Counted from the first letter of the stretch, positions 1 through 7,707 are shown. The stretch: 11,124 nucleotides of DNA from Nitrospina sp. (GCA_018697205.1 JABHTG010000134.1:1-11124); one strand, 5' to 3'. Made by a program: numbers and translations. Notes: generated by a model from the letters alone, not told the origin.

Positions 1-71
1 CTAGATTAATATCACGCTTTCCTATTTCATAATAAGGAAAAACTGTTAACATTAAAATATAAAAACTATCT

Positions 72-76
72 AGGAG
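72..76 (+). promoter_or_regulatory. Shine-Dalgarno (AGGAG) 7 nt upstream of the SPFH gene ATG
   Basis: The AGGAG at 72-76 followed by ATG at 84 is read directly from the sequence. Confidence 0.5.
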
Positions 77-83
77 ATGGTAA

Positions 84-854
84 ATGGACGTTACCATAAT
101 CATTTTAATAATAGTTGGCCTGCTTCTTTTTAGCGCATTTAATGTTCTTAGAGAATATGAACGTGGAGTTATCTTTATGCTAGGTCGATACTGGAAAGTT
201 AAGGGACCTGGGCTCATCATAGTCATACCCGGAATTCAAAAAATCGTCAAAGTAAGCCTTCGCACAGTTGTAATGGACGTACCTCCCCAAGATATTATTA
301 CTCTAGACAATGTGACAGTTAAGGTTAACGCAGTTATATATTTTCGGGTAATGGACTCTAAGAAGGCTATCATAGAAGTCGAAGATTACCTTTACGCCAC
401 ATCCCAATTAGCCCAAACTACTCTACGAAGTATACTAGGTCAGAGTCAACTTGATGACCTTTTGTCTAAACGTGATGAAATCAACTCCCAACTTCAAAGA
501 GTGATTGACGAACAAACAGAACCATGGGGCGTTAAAGTTGCTAATGTTGAGGTTAAAAATGTTGATTTACCTCAAGAAATGCAGCGAGCCATAGCTAAAC
601 AGGCAGAAGCAGAGCGGGAACGACGTGCCAAAGTAATTAATGCCATGGGTGAGTTTGAAGCAGCGGAAAAATTAGGCCAAGCTGCAGATACTATAGGACA
701 GCATCCACCAGCGCTACAATTAAGATTTTTACAAACAATTTTAGACATCTCAACTGACCGAAACACAACCACCTTCTTCCCTCTCCCAATGGAACTTTTT
801 GAAGGATTTTACAAACAAAAACAATCTAAAAATGAGAACATAGATAGTAAATAA
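84..854 (+). CDS. SPFH/band-7 family membrane protein (stomatin/prohibitin-like, QmcA/YbbK type) with a single N-terminal TM anchor
   Basis: The N-terminal hydrophobic helix is [19 protein letters not shown]. The canonical SPFH core follows ([13 protein letters not shown]...[12 protein letters not shown]...[24 protein letters not shown]...[15 protein letters not shown]), and then an Ala/Glu/Arg-rich coiled-coil segment ([13 protein letters not shown]). A good SD lies upstream. Confidence 0.9.
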   Translation: MDVTIIILIIVGLLLFSAFNVLREYERGVIFMLGRYWKVKGPGLIIVIPGIQKIVKVSLRTVVMDVPPQDIITLDNVTVKVNAVIYFRVMDSKKAIIEVEDYLYATSQLAQTTLRSILGQSQLDDLLSKRDEINSQLQRVIDEQTEPWGVKVANVEVKNVDLPQEMQRAIAKQAEAERERRAKVINAMGEFEAAEKLGQAADTIGQHPPALQLRFLQTILDISTDRNTTTFFPLPMELFEGFYKQKQSKNENIDSK

Positions 855-945
855 GCCAGCTTTTTTCCGTTTATTTATGTTTTTAAGGAGGTCGTTTCCA
901 GCAAAGTAAAAGCTATAAATTAGTTCGCTATCTAAGTCTATTAAT

Positions 946-3900
946 ATGGAATCTCAAACAAAAATCCTAAACTTTCTGAATAGAGTTAGACGACTGCACT
1001 TTTATGCCCATACCCTCCAAGGAACCTATATCCTCCTAGCATATTTTACTGGAGCTGGTCTTTTAGGTTGTTTAATAGGGTTGAGCTATAAACCGGCTGA
1101 TGGATGGATTATTCCAGCAATAAGTTTTTTTTGCATAGGGTTGGTCTATATAGTTTACAAGTATTTCATCAAAATTCTAATCTCGCCGTTTTCCAATGAT
1201 GATGCAGCGCTACTTGCAGAGTCACGTTACCCAGAGGTAAATAACTCTCTCATAAATTCCTACCAATTAAGCAAACACCTTAAAGATTCGCATTTTAAAA
1301 ATACTATTTCCCTAAATTTAATCAAAGAGTTACACAAAAGAACAAGTAAAGAGCTAGACCAAATTGATCCAGCGTTATTAATCAGCCAAAGTAGTATAGT
1401 TTTTCATCGGAACTGGTTTTTTGGCATATTAGCGACGCTTGTACTAACAGTCATTTTTTTTCCCGAGCTTCTAACAAAGGGTTATGAAAATTGGGCTAAT
1501 CCTAGAATATTAGCTAAAACTGAACAAGATAAAATGGCTAATCAAAACCAGACAAAACCTAAGCTAGGTGCTGTCAATTACTCAATTGAATCTCTGGATT
1601 TAAATTTTCATTTTCCTTCATATACGCGAAAGAACTCTGAGCTAATAAAAAATTCTAAAGGAATAATCCATGTCCTACCTGGAACTGAAGTCAATATATC
1701 GGCTAAAACTAACACCAAGATAAATGGAGGAAATCTAATATTTAAAGGCAAAGACTCATTTGCCATGAAAAAAGAAAATAGTAAATACCTAAAGAGCAGT
1801 CTACTAGTCAAAGAAGGAGGGTTTTATCAGTTTAAAATTAAGGGTTCAGATGGTAGTGAGCAGCTGCTCGCAAAAAAATATCCAGTAACACTTGTTAAAG
1901 ATAACCCTCCTAACATTATTTTATTTTTAGCCAACCCTAGGCCAGTATATTTTCTCACTGATAAAGTTGAGTTGTTTTATGAAGGGAGTGATGATTTTGG
2001 CATAAATACAATAGATTTGGTTATTTCCATAAATGGAACAACAGAACGACTTCCAGTTAAAAAAAATAACAACCAAGAAAAGATGGCTAAAGGTAGTTAC
2101 ACCTGGTCTCTCGCGCAAATGTCTATAAATCCTGGCGATGAAGTTAATTACTATTTAGAAATTAATGATAATGATAATATTTTTGGCCCTAACAAAGGTC
2201 AGTCCGAGACCTACAGTTTTAAAATTTTTGACTCTGGAAAAGAGCTGGAAAACCTTGTTGAGATGCAAGAAGATCTTGTTGAAAAAATGATTGCTCTTCT
2301 AGCAACAGGACTAGTAAAAGGAGCATCTCTTAATAATCAACCAAACAACCTCATAGGCTGGAAAGAATTATTAACAGGCAATATTGATGAACTGATCAAA
2401 ATAGTAAGCCTTACACAGAAAGTTTACGACCGAGGAAAAGCAATTGATCAATTTCCTCAGAAATACTTAGACTTACTTAAAAATATTACCAGAGGATTAT
2501 CCCAAATTCGGAAAAATCAAATAAAATCTCTTAGTAACCTTCAAAGTCAAATTCATAAGCCCAACCAAGCAATACTAAAACTCATATCACCATACGCACC
2601 CGCCAATAATGAAATGACGGATCACCTCGAAAAAGATATTTTATTTTTAGTTAAAATGACCAATCAGCAAAAGATAACTAGAGCAAAGACTCTAGAGGAG
2701 GAGTTAAATGACCTCACCCAAAAACTACGAGAAGACTTAGAGAAATCCAACAACGAAAAAATTTCTAAAAACTCGAAAAAGTTAGTTGACAAAATAGATG
2801 AACTCCAAAAAGTTCTACAAAAATTGATGAACCAATTATCACGTCAGACGAATGGTACACCAGATGAGTTTTTAAACCCAGATGCCTTTAAGCGATTAAA
2901 TATTGAAAAGCTTTCTGATGCACTAAAAAAGATGCAGAATATGGTAAGCCGAGGAAAATTTGAAGAAGCTATAGAAGAATTAAAAAAAATGGAAGAAGAC
3001 CTCAAGCTTCTCGCGAATCAGATACATCGTGCTGACTCAGAAAAAGAAAGCTTTTTTGATCCAGAAACAATCAAAATAATAGATAGTAGTATCAAAAAAG
3101 TGGACAAATTAGAGAGGAGACAGCAGAAACTAGCAGAATCAACGACTCAAATAAACCAGGAGCTAAGAGAGCAGCAATCAAAAGCATTTGAAAACCAAAT
3201 TGACAAACTATTCAAGGGTCTACTCCTCGATATAGACTCAATCCGCAGTATTTTTAAAGAAGATGAAAAGTTCCTAGCAAGTCACAAAGCGATGAACCAA
3301 ATAAAGATTTTCATAGATAAAGAAATTGAGATGAAGAAAAAGATAAAACAATTAAGCCAAGCAACTGTCGATTTTTCAGGGTCAGAAAAACTAGACCAAA
3401 GCTTCACTAATCTTAAAGAAGCGCGCAATAAGCTCTCGGAGTTAATCGTAAAGAAAAGTTCACTTAATTTAGATGAGCCTCAGAAATTTAGAGAAACTCT
3501 ACCTCAAATACTTAAAAAATACGACTCCCTCAAAAAGCTGGCTAAGTTACAAGATCTTAATGAATTTAAAGATGTTTTCAAGCAGGCCTACCCAAATGTA
3601 TTGAGATGGCAGTATAAGATACGTACTACACCTAATCTCCGAAATGACATTTCAGACAAATTGGAAGAAGATTTAGCGCGAGTATCTCAGATAAATAACT
3701 CGATATCTAAAAAAATTGGTTCGATGGTACGCTCAATTAGAAAAAACTACAGTTCATCGATAACAAGGAATCAAAAAAAAGAATTAAAACAAATGGGAAA
3801 ACAGGAACAACAACTACAACAGGAAGTACAAAAACTGTCTAAGCAGTTTAATGAGTTAAGCAAAAAAAACCCAATGATACCCTCAGAGCTTTCACAAAGA

Positions 3901-4281
3901 ATGAAAAAAACCGCGCGTCATATGGAACAAGCGGCAACTAACCTTAAAGAACAAAATGTCCGCCAAAGTATCGAATCTGAAAACCAAGCCCTCAAAGGTC
4001 TAAACGAGACAAGCGACTTATTAAGGCAAATGAAAAGCTCTAACGGAGAAACGAAACAAGCAAAAAGACAAAATCCTCGAAAACTCGGGACTGGCAGCAG
4101 CCCAGATTCTCGACGAGGTAGTGCGTCACGAATGAAAAAAGAACACGTGCGACTCCCAGATGAAACCCAGTATAAAGCACCAAAAGAATTCCGCGAAGAA
4201 ATATTAAACGCAATGAAAAAACAAGCGCCTAAAAACTACGAACGTATGATTATGGAATATTATAAGGATCTAGTGCAGTGA
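946..4281 (+). CDS. Giant (1111 aa) membrane-anchored coiled-coil protein of unknown function. It has three N-terminal TM helices, a beta-rich module and a ~600-aa K/E/Q-rich coiled coil; the architecture is reminiscent of DUF4175/TIGR02302-like proteins
   Basis: The ORF is long and uninterrupted. Hydrophobic helices sit at aa ~27-46, 54-79 and 157-176 (nt ~1021-1473). A beta-strand-like region spans aa ~200-430. A heptad-like Lys/Glu/Gln-rich region spans nt ~2233-4066. There is a basic Arg/Ser-rich tail (RQNPRKLGTGSSPDSRRGSASR) and a conserved-looking C-terminus (YERMIMEYYKDL). The family assignment is from memory and not verified. Confidence 0.75.
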   Translation: MESQTKILNFLNRVRRLHFYAHTLQGTYILLAYFTGAGLLGCLIGLSYKPADGWIIPAISFFCIGLVYIVYKYFIKILISPFSNDDAALLAESRYPEVNNSLINSYQLSKHLKDSHFKNTISLNLIKELHKRTSKELDQIDPALLISQSSIVFHRNWFFGILATLVLTVIFFPELLTKGYENWANPRILAKTEQDKMANQNQTKPKLGAVNYSIESLDLNFHFPSYTRKNSELIKNSKGIIHVLPGTEVNISAKTNTKINGGNLIFKGKDSFAMKKENSKYLKSSLLVKEGGFYQFKIKGSDGSEQLLAKKYPVTLVKDNPPNIILFLANPRPVYFLTDKVELFYEGSDDFGINTIDLVISINGTTERLPVKKNNNQEKMAKGSYTWSLAQMSINPGDEVNYYLEINDNDNIFGPNKGQSETYSFKIFDSGKELENLVEMQEDLVEKMIALLATGLVKGASLNNQPNNLIGWKELLTGNIDELIKIVSLTQKVYDRGKAIDQFPQKYLDLLKNITRGLSQIRKNQIKSLSNLQSQIHKPNQAILKLISPYAPANNEMTDHLEKDILFLVKMTNQQKITRAKTLEEELNDLTQKLREDLEKSNNEKISKNSKKLVDKIDELQKVLQKLMNQLSRQTNGTPDEFLNPDAFKRLNIEKLSDALKKMQNMVSRGKFEEAIEELKKMEEDLKLLANQIHRADSEKESFFDPETIKIIDSSIKKVDKLERRQQKLAESTTQINQELREQQSKAFENQIDKLFKGLLLDIDSIRSIFKEDEKFLASHKAMNQIKIFIDKEIEMKKKIKQLSQATVDFSGSEKLDQSFTNLKEARNKLSELIVKKSSLNLDEPQKFRETLPQILKKYDSLKKLAKLQDLNEFKDVFKQAYPNVLRWQYKIRTTPNLRNDISDKLEEDLARVSQINNSISKKIGSMVRSIRKNYSSSITRNQKKELKQMGKQEQQLQQEVQKLSKQFNELSKKNPMIPSELSQRMKKTARHMEQAATNLKEQNVRQSIESENQALKGLNETSDLLRQMKSSNGETKQAKRQNPRKLGTGSSPDSRRGSASRMKKEHVRLPDETQYKAPKEFREEILNAMKKQAPKNYERMIMEYYKDLVQ

Positions 4282-5846
4282 AACATATGTTTTTTATAAT
4301 AAGTACTTGCCTGATTGGATTCAATTTAATCCCCCCACTTATTACATCAGCAATTGGGTTGCCTCAAAAAGAGATATATGCAGGGCACAAACTAATAGAT
4401 AAATGGAATACTAATGCAGCAGAGCAATATGCAAACAACTTACTTAAAAAGTATCCTAAATCAGGAGATGTATATTTCCTTAAAGCGCGCATAGAATTTT
4501 TAAAAGGAAACCATGAAATAGCCTGGGAAATTCTAAAACAAGTAAATAGTAACCATAAAGAAGTACGCGAATTCAAAAACCTCATCTACAACACCTACGA
4601 AGAAACAAAACTATTTACAACAAGCGAATCAAAACATTTTATCTACCGCTATCAAAAAGGACCGGATGAAATACTAGTTCATTATGCTACCCAAGCTATG
4701 GAAAAATCTTATGAGGTTCTAGGAAACATTTTAAATTACTATCCAAAAGAAAAAGTTTTAGTTGAGTTCTATCCGAACCAAAAATCCTTATCTAAAGTTT
4801 CTCCGTTAACTCTTGATGATATAACTACCTCCGGCACAGTCGCTCTCTGTAAATACAATCGAATTATGATTATCTCCCCAGGATCTTTAGTCCGCGGTTA
4901 CAATTGGATGGACACCTTGAGCCACGAATATATTCACTACATACTGACTAAGAAAAGCCAAAACAACCTACCTTTATGGTTACATGAGGGAATAGCAAAG
5001 TATTACGAAGCACGATGGAGAAATAAACACGAATACTTATCGCCCATCATGGAAACAATGCTTGCGGGAGGACTACAAGAAAACTATCTAATATCATTAG
5101 AGAATATGATGCCTTCGCTGGCAAAGCTAAAAACAGCCGAGGATGTTCAACTTGCTTATGCTGAAGTTTCTACAATGATTGAATACATTACCAAAGTTCA
5201 TGGAGATAAAATAATTTCAACTCTTCTGGAAAGATTGGCAAGAGAAGAAACATTTGAATCTGTAATATATACAACTCTAGGAACAAACCTAGATATAATT
5301 CAGGAAAATTGGAAGCACTTTGTAAAACAAAAACAACTCAAAATTATTCCAAGACTCAAGCCGCCAGGAGTTTATTTTAAAACAGACCGTTCGTCTAAAG
5401 AGCCAAGCAAAGAATATCGTGAAATTGATAATAGGAAGAGTCGAGACCTAATATTTTTAGGTGACGTTTTAAAATCAAGGAACTTTTATAAAGCAGCTCT
5501 TATCGAATATCAACGTGCGATCGAACAATCAAAAAATTTCTCCCCCCAACTCCATAACAAACTAGCCAAGACTCATCTAATCACCAGGGAATATAACAAA
5601 GCCAAAGTTATCCTAAATAGAAGCTTACATTACTATCCTATGTTTCACTCTACCCTTGCAAGTTTAGGTGAATTATATTTTGATCTAGGAAAAATAGAAA
5701 AATCTCGGACTTTCTATGAACGAGCGATTAAAATTAACCCTTTCAATCCTTTTGTTCATATGCGACTAATAACGATCTACCAAAAACTAGGGTGGAAAAA
5801 AGAAAAAGCATTACAGGTAAAACTTGCCGGCTATATAAACCACTAA
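4278..5846 (+). CDS. Secreted or periplasmic TPR-repeat protein with a gluzincin-like (peptidase MA-type) HExxH...E zinc-binding motif; putative metalloprotease
   Basis: The start codon GTG at 4278 overlaps the upstream TGA stop (GTGA); an alternative ATG lies at 4287. The N-terminal hydrophobic signal or anchor is FFIISTCLIGFNLIPPLI. A TPR-like helix pair is near the N-terminus, and HEYIH sits at nt 4923-4937 with the downstream Glu at 4986-4988 (WLHEG). C-terminal TPR repeats follow (YKAALIEYQRAIE..., LGELYFDLGKIEKSRTFYERAIKINP). Confidence 0.7.
   Translation: MKHMFFIISTCLIGFNLIPPLITSAIGLPQKEIYAGHKLIDKWNTNAAEQYANNLLKKYPKSGDVYFLKARIEFLKGNHEIAWEILKQVNSNHKEVREFKNLIYNTYEETKLFTTSESKHFIYRYQKGPDEILVHYATQAMEKSYEVLGNILNYYPKEKVLVEFYPNQKSLSKVSPLTLDDITTSGTVALCKYNRIMIISPGSLVRGYNWMDTLSHEYIHYILTKKSQNNLPLWLHEGIAKYYEARWRNKHEYLSPIMETMLAGGLQENYLISLENMMPSLAKLKTAEDVQLAYAEVSTMIEYITKVHGDKIISTLLERLAREETFESVIYTTLGTNLDIIQENWKHFVKQKQLKIIPRLKPPGVYFKTDRSSKEPSKEYREIDNRKSRDLIFLGDVLKSRNFYKAALIEYQRAIEQSKNFSPQLHNKLAKTHLITREYNKAKVILNRSLHYYPMFHSTLASLGELYFDLGKIEKSRTFYERAIKINPFNPFVHMRLITIYQKLGWKKEKALQVKLAGYINH
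4923..4988 (+). other. HExxH + downstream E zincin signature (HEYIH x16 E) inside the TPR protein
   Basis: The motif is read directly from the translation: H216-E217-x-x-H220 ... E237. Confidence 0.6.
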
Positions 5847-5870
5847 TTAACCTTTCAATTAAAACGTAGA

Positions 5871-6860
5871 ATGACTACAAACTTAGAACTAGTAAAAGAG
5901 TTAGTGGATTCCAAAAGTCTCATCATAAAAGAAATTCGTAAAGTGATCGTAGGACAAGACGACGTACTAGAAGATTTGCTGGTAGCTCTTTTTTGCAAAG
6001 GGCATTGCCTTTTTGTTGGTGTCCCCGGCTTGGCAAAAACACTACTTGTAAAAACTCTAGCGAGGGTACTAAACCTTAGTTTTAGTAGAATACAATTTAC
6101 TCCTGACCTGATGCCTTCAGATATTACAGGAACAGATATACTTTATGAAGATCACACAACCAACAAAAGGGGTTTTCGCTTTATAAAAGGTCCGATTTTT
6201 TCAAATATTGTTTTAGCCGATGAAATAAATCGAACCCCACCTAAGACGCAAGCCGCGCTGCTCCAGGCGATGCAGGAACAGCAGGTAACCGTTGGTGGAA
6301 ATACCTATGAACTAGATCAACCTTTTCTAGTTTTTGCGACACAAAATCCCATTGAGCACGAAGGTACTTACCCCTTACCTGAAGCACAACTCGACCGTTT
6401 TATGTTCATAATAAATGTAGGTTATCCTACAATGAAACAAGAAGTGAGAATTGCGATGACCACTACTTCTGGAATACACCCAGAAATGAATATGGTGTTA
6501 AATGCAAAACAGGTGAAAGATTTTCAAAGGCTAGTGCCATGCGTTCCAGTTTCAGAGCATGTCGCTGAGTATGCAGTAAGGCTAGCGCAAAGTTCACGTC
6601 CAAGTAAAAATGGTAGTACTCCCGACTTTATAAACGAGTGGGTTGATTGGGGAGCTGGACCTCGTGCTTCTCAATATCTCCTAATGGGGGCAAAAGCACG
6701 CGCCCTAATGGACAATAGAGTCGCTGCAACTATCGAAGATGTTAAACGTGTAACCCGCCAAGTCCTTGAACACAGAATCATACTTAACTTCAAGGCCAAA
6801 GCCGAAAATATCACCACAAATGATATCATCGAAAAACTTTTAAAATCAATCAAGGCATAA
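5871..6860 (+). CDS. MoxR-family AAA+ ATPase (AAA_3 / MRP subfamily)
   Basis: Walker A GVPGLAKT sits at nt 6018-6041 and Walker B is VLADEINR. The MoxR-diagnostic stretch is PPKTQAALLQAMQEQQVTVGG...FLVFATQNPIEHEGTYPLPEAQLDRF. The length (329 aa) is typical. Confidence 0.92.
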   Translation: MTTNLELVKELVDSKSLIIKEIRKVIVGQDDVLEDLLVALFCKGHCLFVGVPGLAKTLLVKTLARVLNLSFSRIQFTPDLMPSDITGTDILYEDHTTNKRGFRFIKGPIFSNIVLADEINRTPPKTQAALLQAMQEQQVTVGGNTYELDQPFLVFATQNPIEHEGTYPLPEAQLDRFMFIINVGYPTMKQEVRIAMTTTSGIHPEMNMVLNAKQVKDFQRLVPCVPVSEHVAEYAVRLAQSSRPSKNGSTPDFINEWVDWGAGPRASQYLLMGAKARALMDNRVAATIEDVKRVTRQVLEHRIILNFKAKAENITTNDIIEKLLKSIKA

Positions 6861-6861
6861 A

Positions 6862-7500
6862 CTAGGAAGGGCTAATTAGGCCGGCTGTTTTCCAATCAAC
6901 TTTCAACTCTTTAACTACCCCTGAGCGAGTACAATATTTCACATGACCATGTGATTCGCCATACAGAAACAAATCTCGGGTAATCTCAACATCTTGTTTG
7001 CAGTACTCAATAATCTTGTCTATTTTTCCTTCTTTATACCATTGCAAAGAAACCAAACCGTCAGCACTTTTTTTTGCATTCAGTGAGTTTTCTGCTAAAT
7101 GATTAAGGCTAAGTCTGTGGTTAAGTTTGGCCTTAATATCGTCCAACATGTCAAAAGTAGCTATTTCATTAAGGTCAAAATCAGCGTATGGCTGCAATAC
7201 AGTATAATCAAATTTTTTCACATTAAACCCCACAACCAGATCGGCTTTACTAAGTTTTTCGACTAACTGGGAAGCCTCGCTTTCAAGGTAGCTAAAATGC
7301 TTTTGCTCAACACTGTCCCACACTACACCCACAGCAAGCCCCATAAGGTGAATATTTCCCCACCCTCCAACGTCGTCAGCGCTTTTTTGAGTTTCCAAGT
7401 CAAAATAAAGCACACGATACGAATTCAACGCTTTAGGGATAGTTTTAGGCTCTATTTTATTCTTTATGGGGTCTTCAAACAGGTCCAACTGCTCTGACAT
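6862..7500 (-). CDS. DEDDy-type 3'-5' exonuclease (DnaQ/RNase D/PolB-exo-like fold), standalone 212 aa
   Basis: Exo I is FDLET (D34, E36). Exo II is FNVKKFD (D98). Exo III is YCKQD (Y166-x3-D170). These are read from the reverse-strand translation. Confidence 0.7.
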   Translation of the reverse strand: MSEQLDLFEDPIKNKIEPKTIPKALNSYRVLYFDLETQKSADDVGGWGNIHLMGLAVGVVWDSVEQKHFSYLESEASQLVEKLSKADLVVGFNVKKFDYTVLQPYADFDLNEIATFDMLDDIKAKLNHRLSLNHLAENSLNAKKSADGLVSLQWYKEGKIDKIIEYCKQDVEITRDLFLYGESHGHVKYCTRSGVVKELKVDWKTAGLISPS

Positions 7501-7707
7501 ATCGCACTAACTCCAAATATTAATACCGTTCACGGCGGCTCAAAGGACATAGTTTTAATTGAACTTGATAACTCTAGCACTCCCCAGAATCAAATCAAGA
7601 AAAACAACTTAACATCAAATAAAATAAACCCTTAGATAAAATTTTTTAAAACTCTTTAAAGCTACGACCAATCGGTTAAAAACAATCACCTAAACCCTTG
7701 AAATCAA

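Noticed and set aside
40-83. Sigma-70 promoter upstream of the SPFH gene
   Set aside because: TTAACA (46-51) and TATAAA (58-63) are present but spaced only 6 nt apart. No acceptable -35/-10 pair with 16-18 nt spacing is visible, and the promoter may lie upstream of the window.
572-772. Small antisense or overlapping ORFs from the six-frame track (572..772-, 1608..1811-, 1927..2118-, 4364..4585-, 6671..6853-, 7297..7497+, 8562..8744-, 9118..9321-, 10845..11102-)
   Set aside because: Each is short and fully embedded within a confidently assigned gene on the opposite strand. None has a start context or any domain-like sequence. They are most likely compositional artefacts.
846-880. Intrinsic terminator after the SPFH gene
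   Set aside because: Only a 7-bp all-A/T inverted repeat (TAAATAA / TTATTTA) with an 18-nt loop and a T-rich tract is present. There is no GC-rich stem, so it is not convincing.
3370-3384. DFSGS match to the VWA MIDAS motif (DxSxS) in the giant protein
   Set aside because: The match sits inside the coiled-coil region and is preceded by charged residues, not the hydrophobic beta-strand of a Rossmann-like VWA fold. No downstream T/D MIDAS residues are in the expected arrangement. It is probably a chance match.
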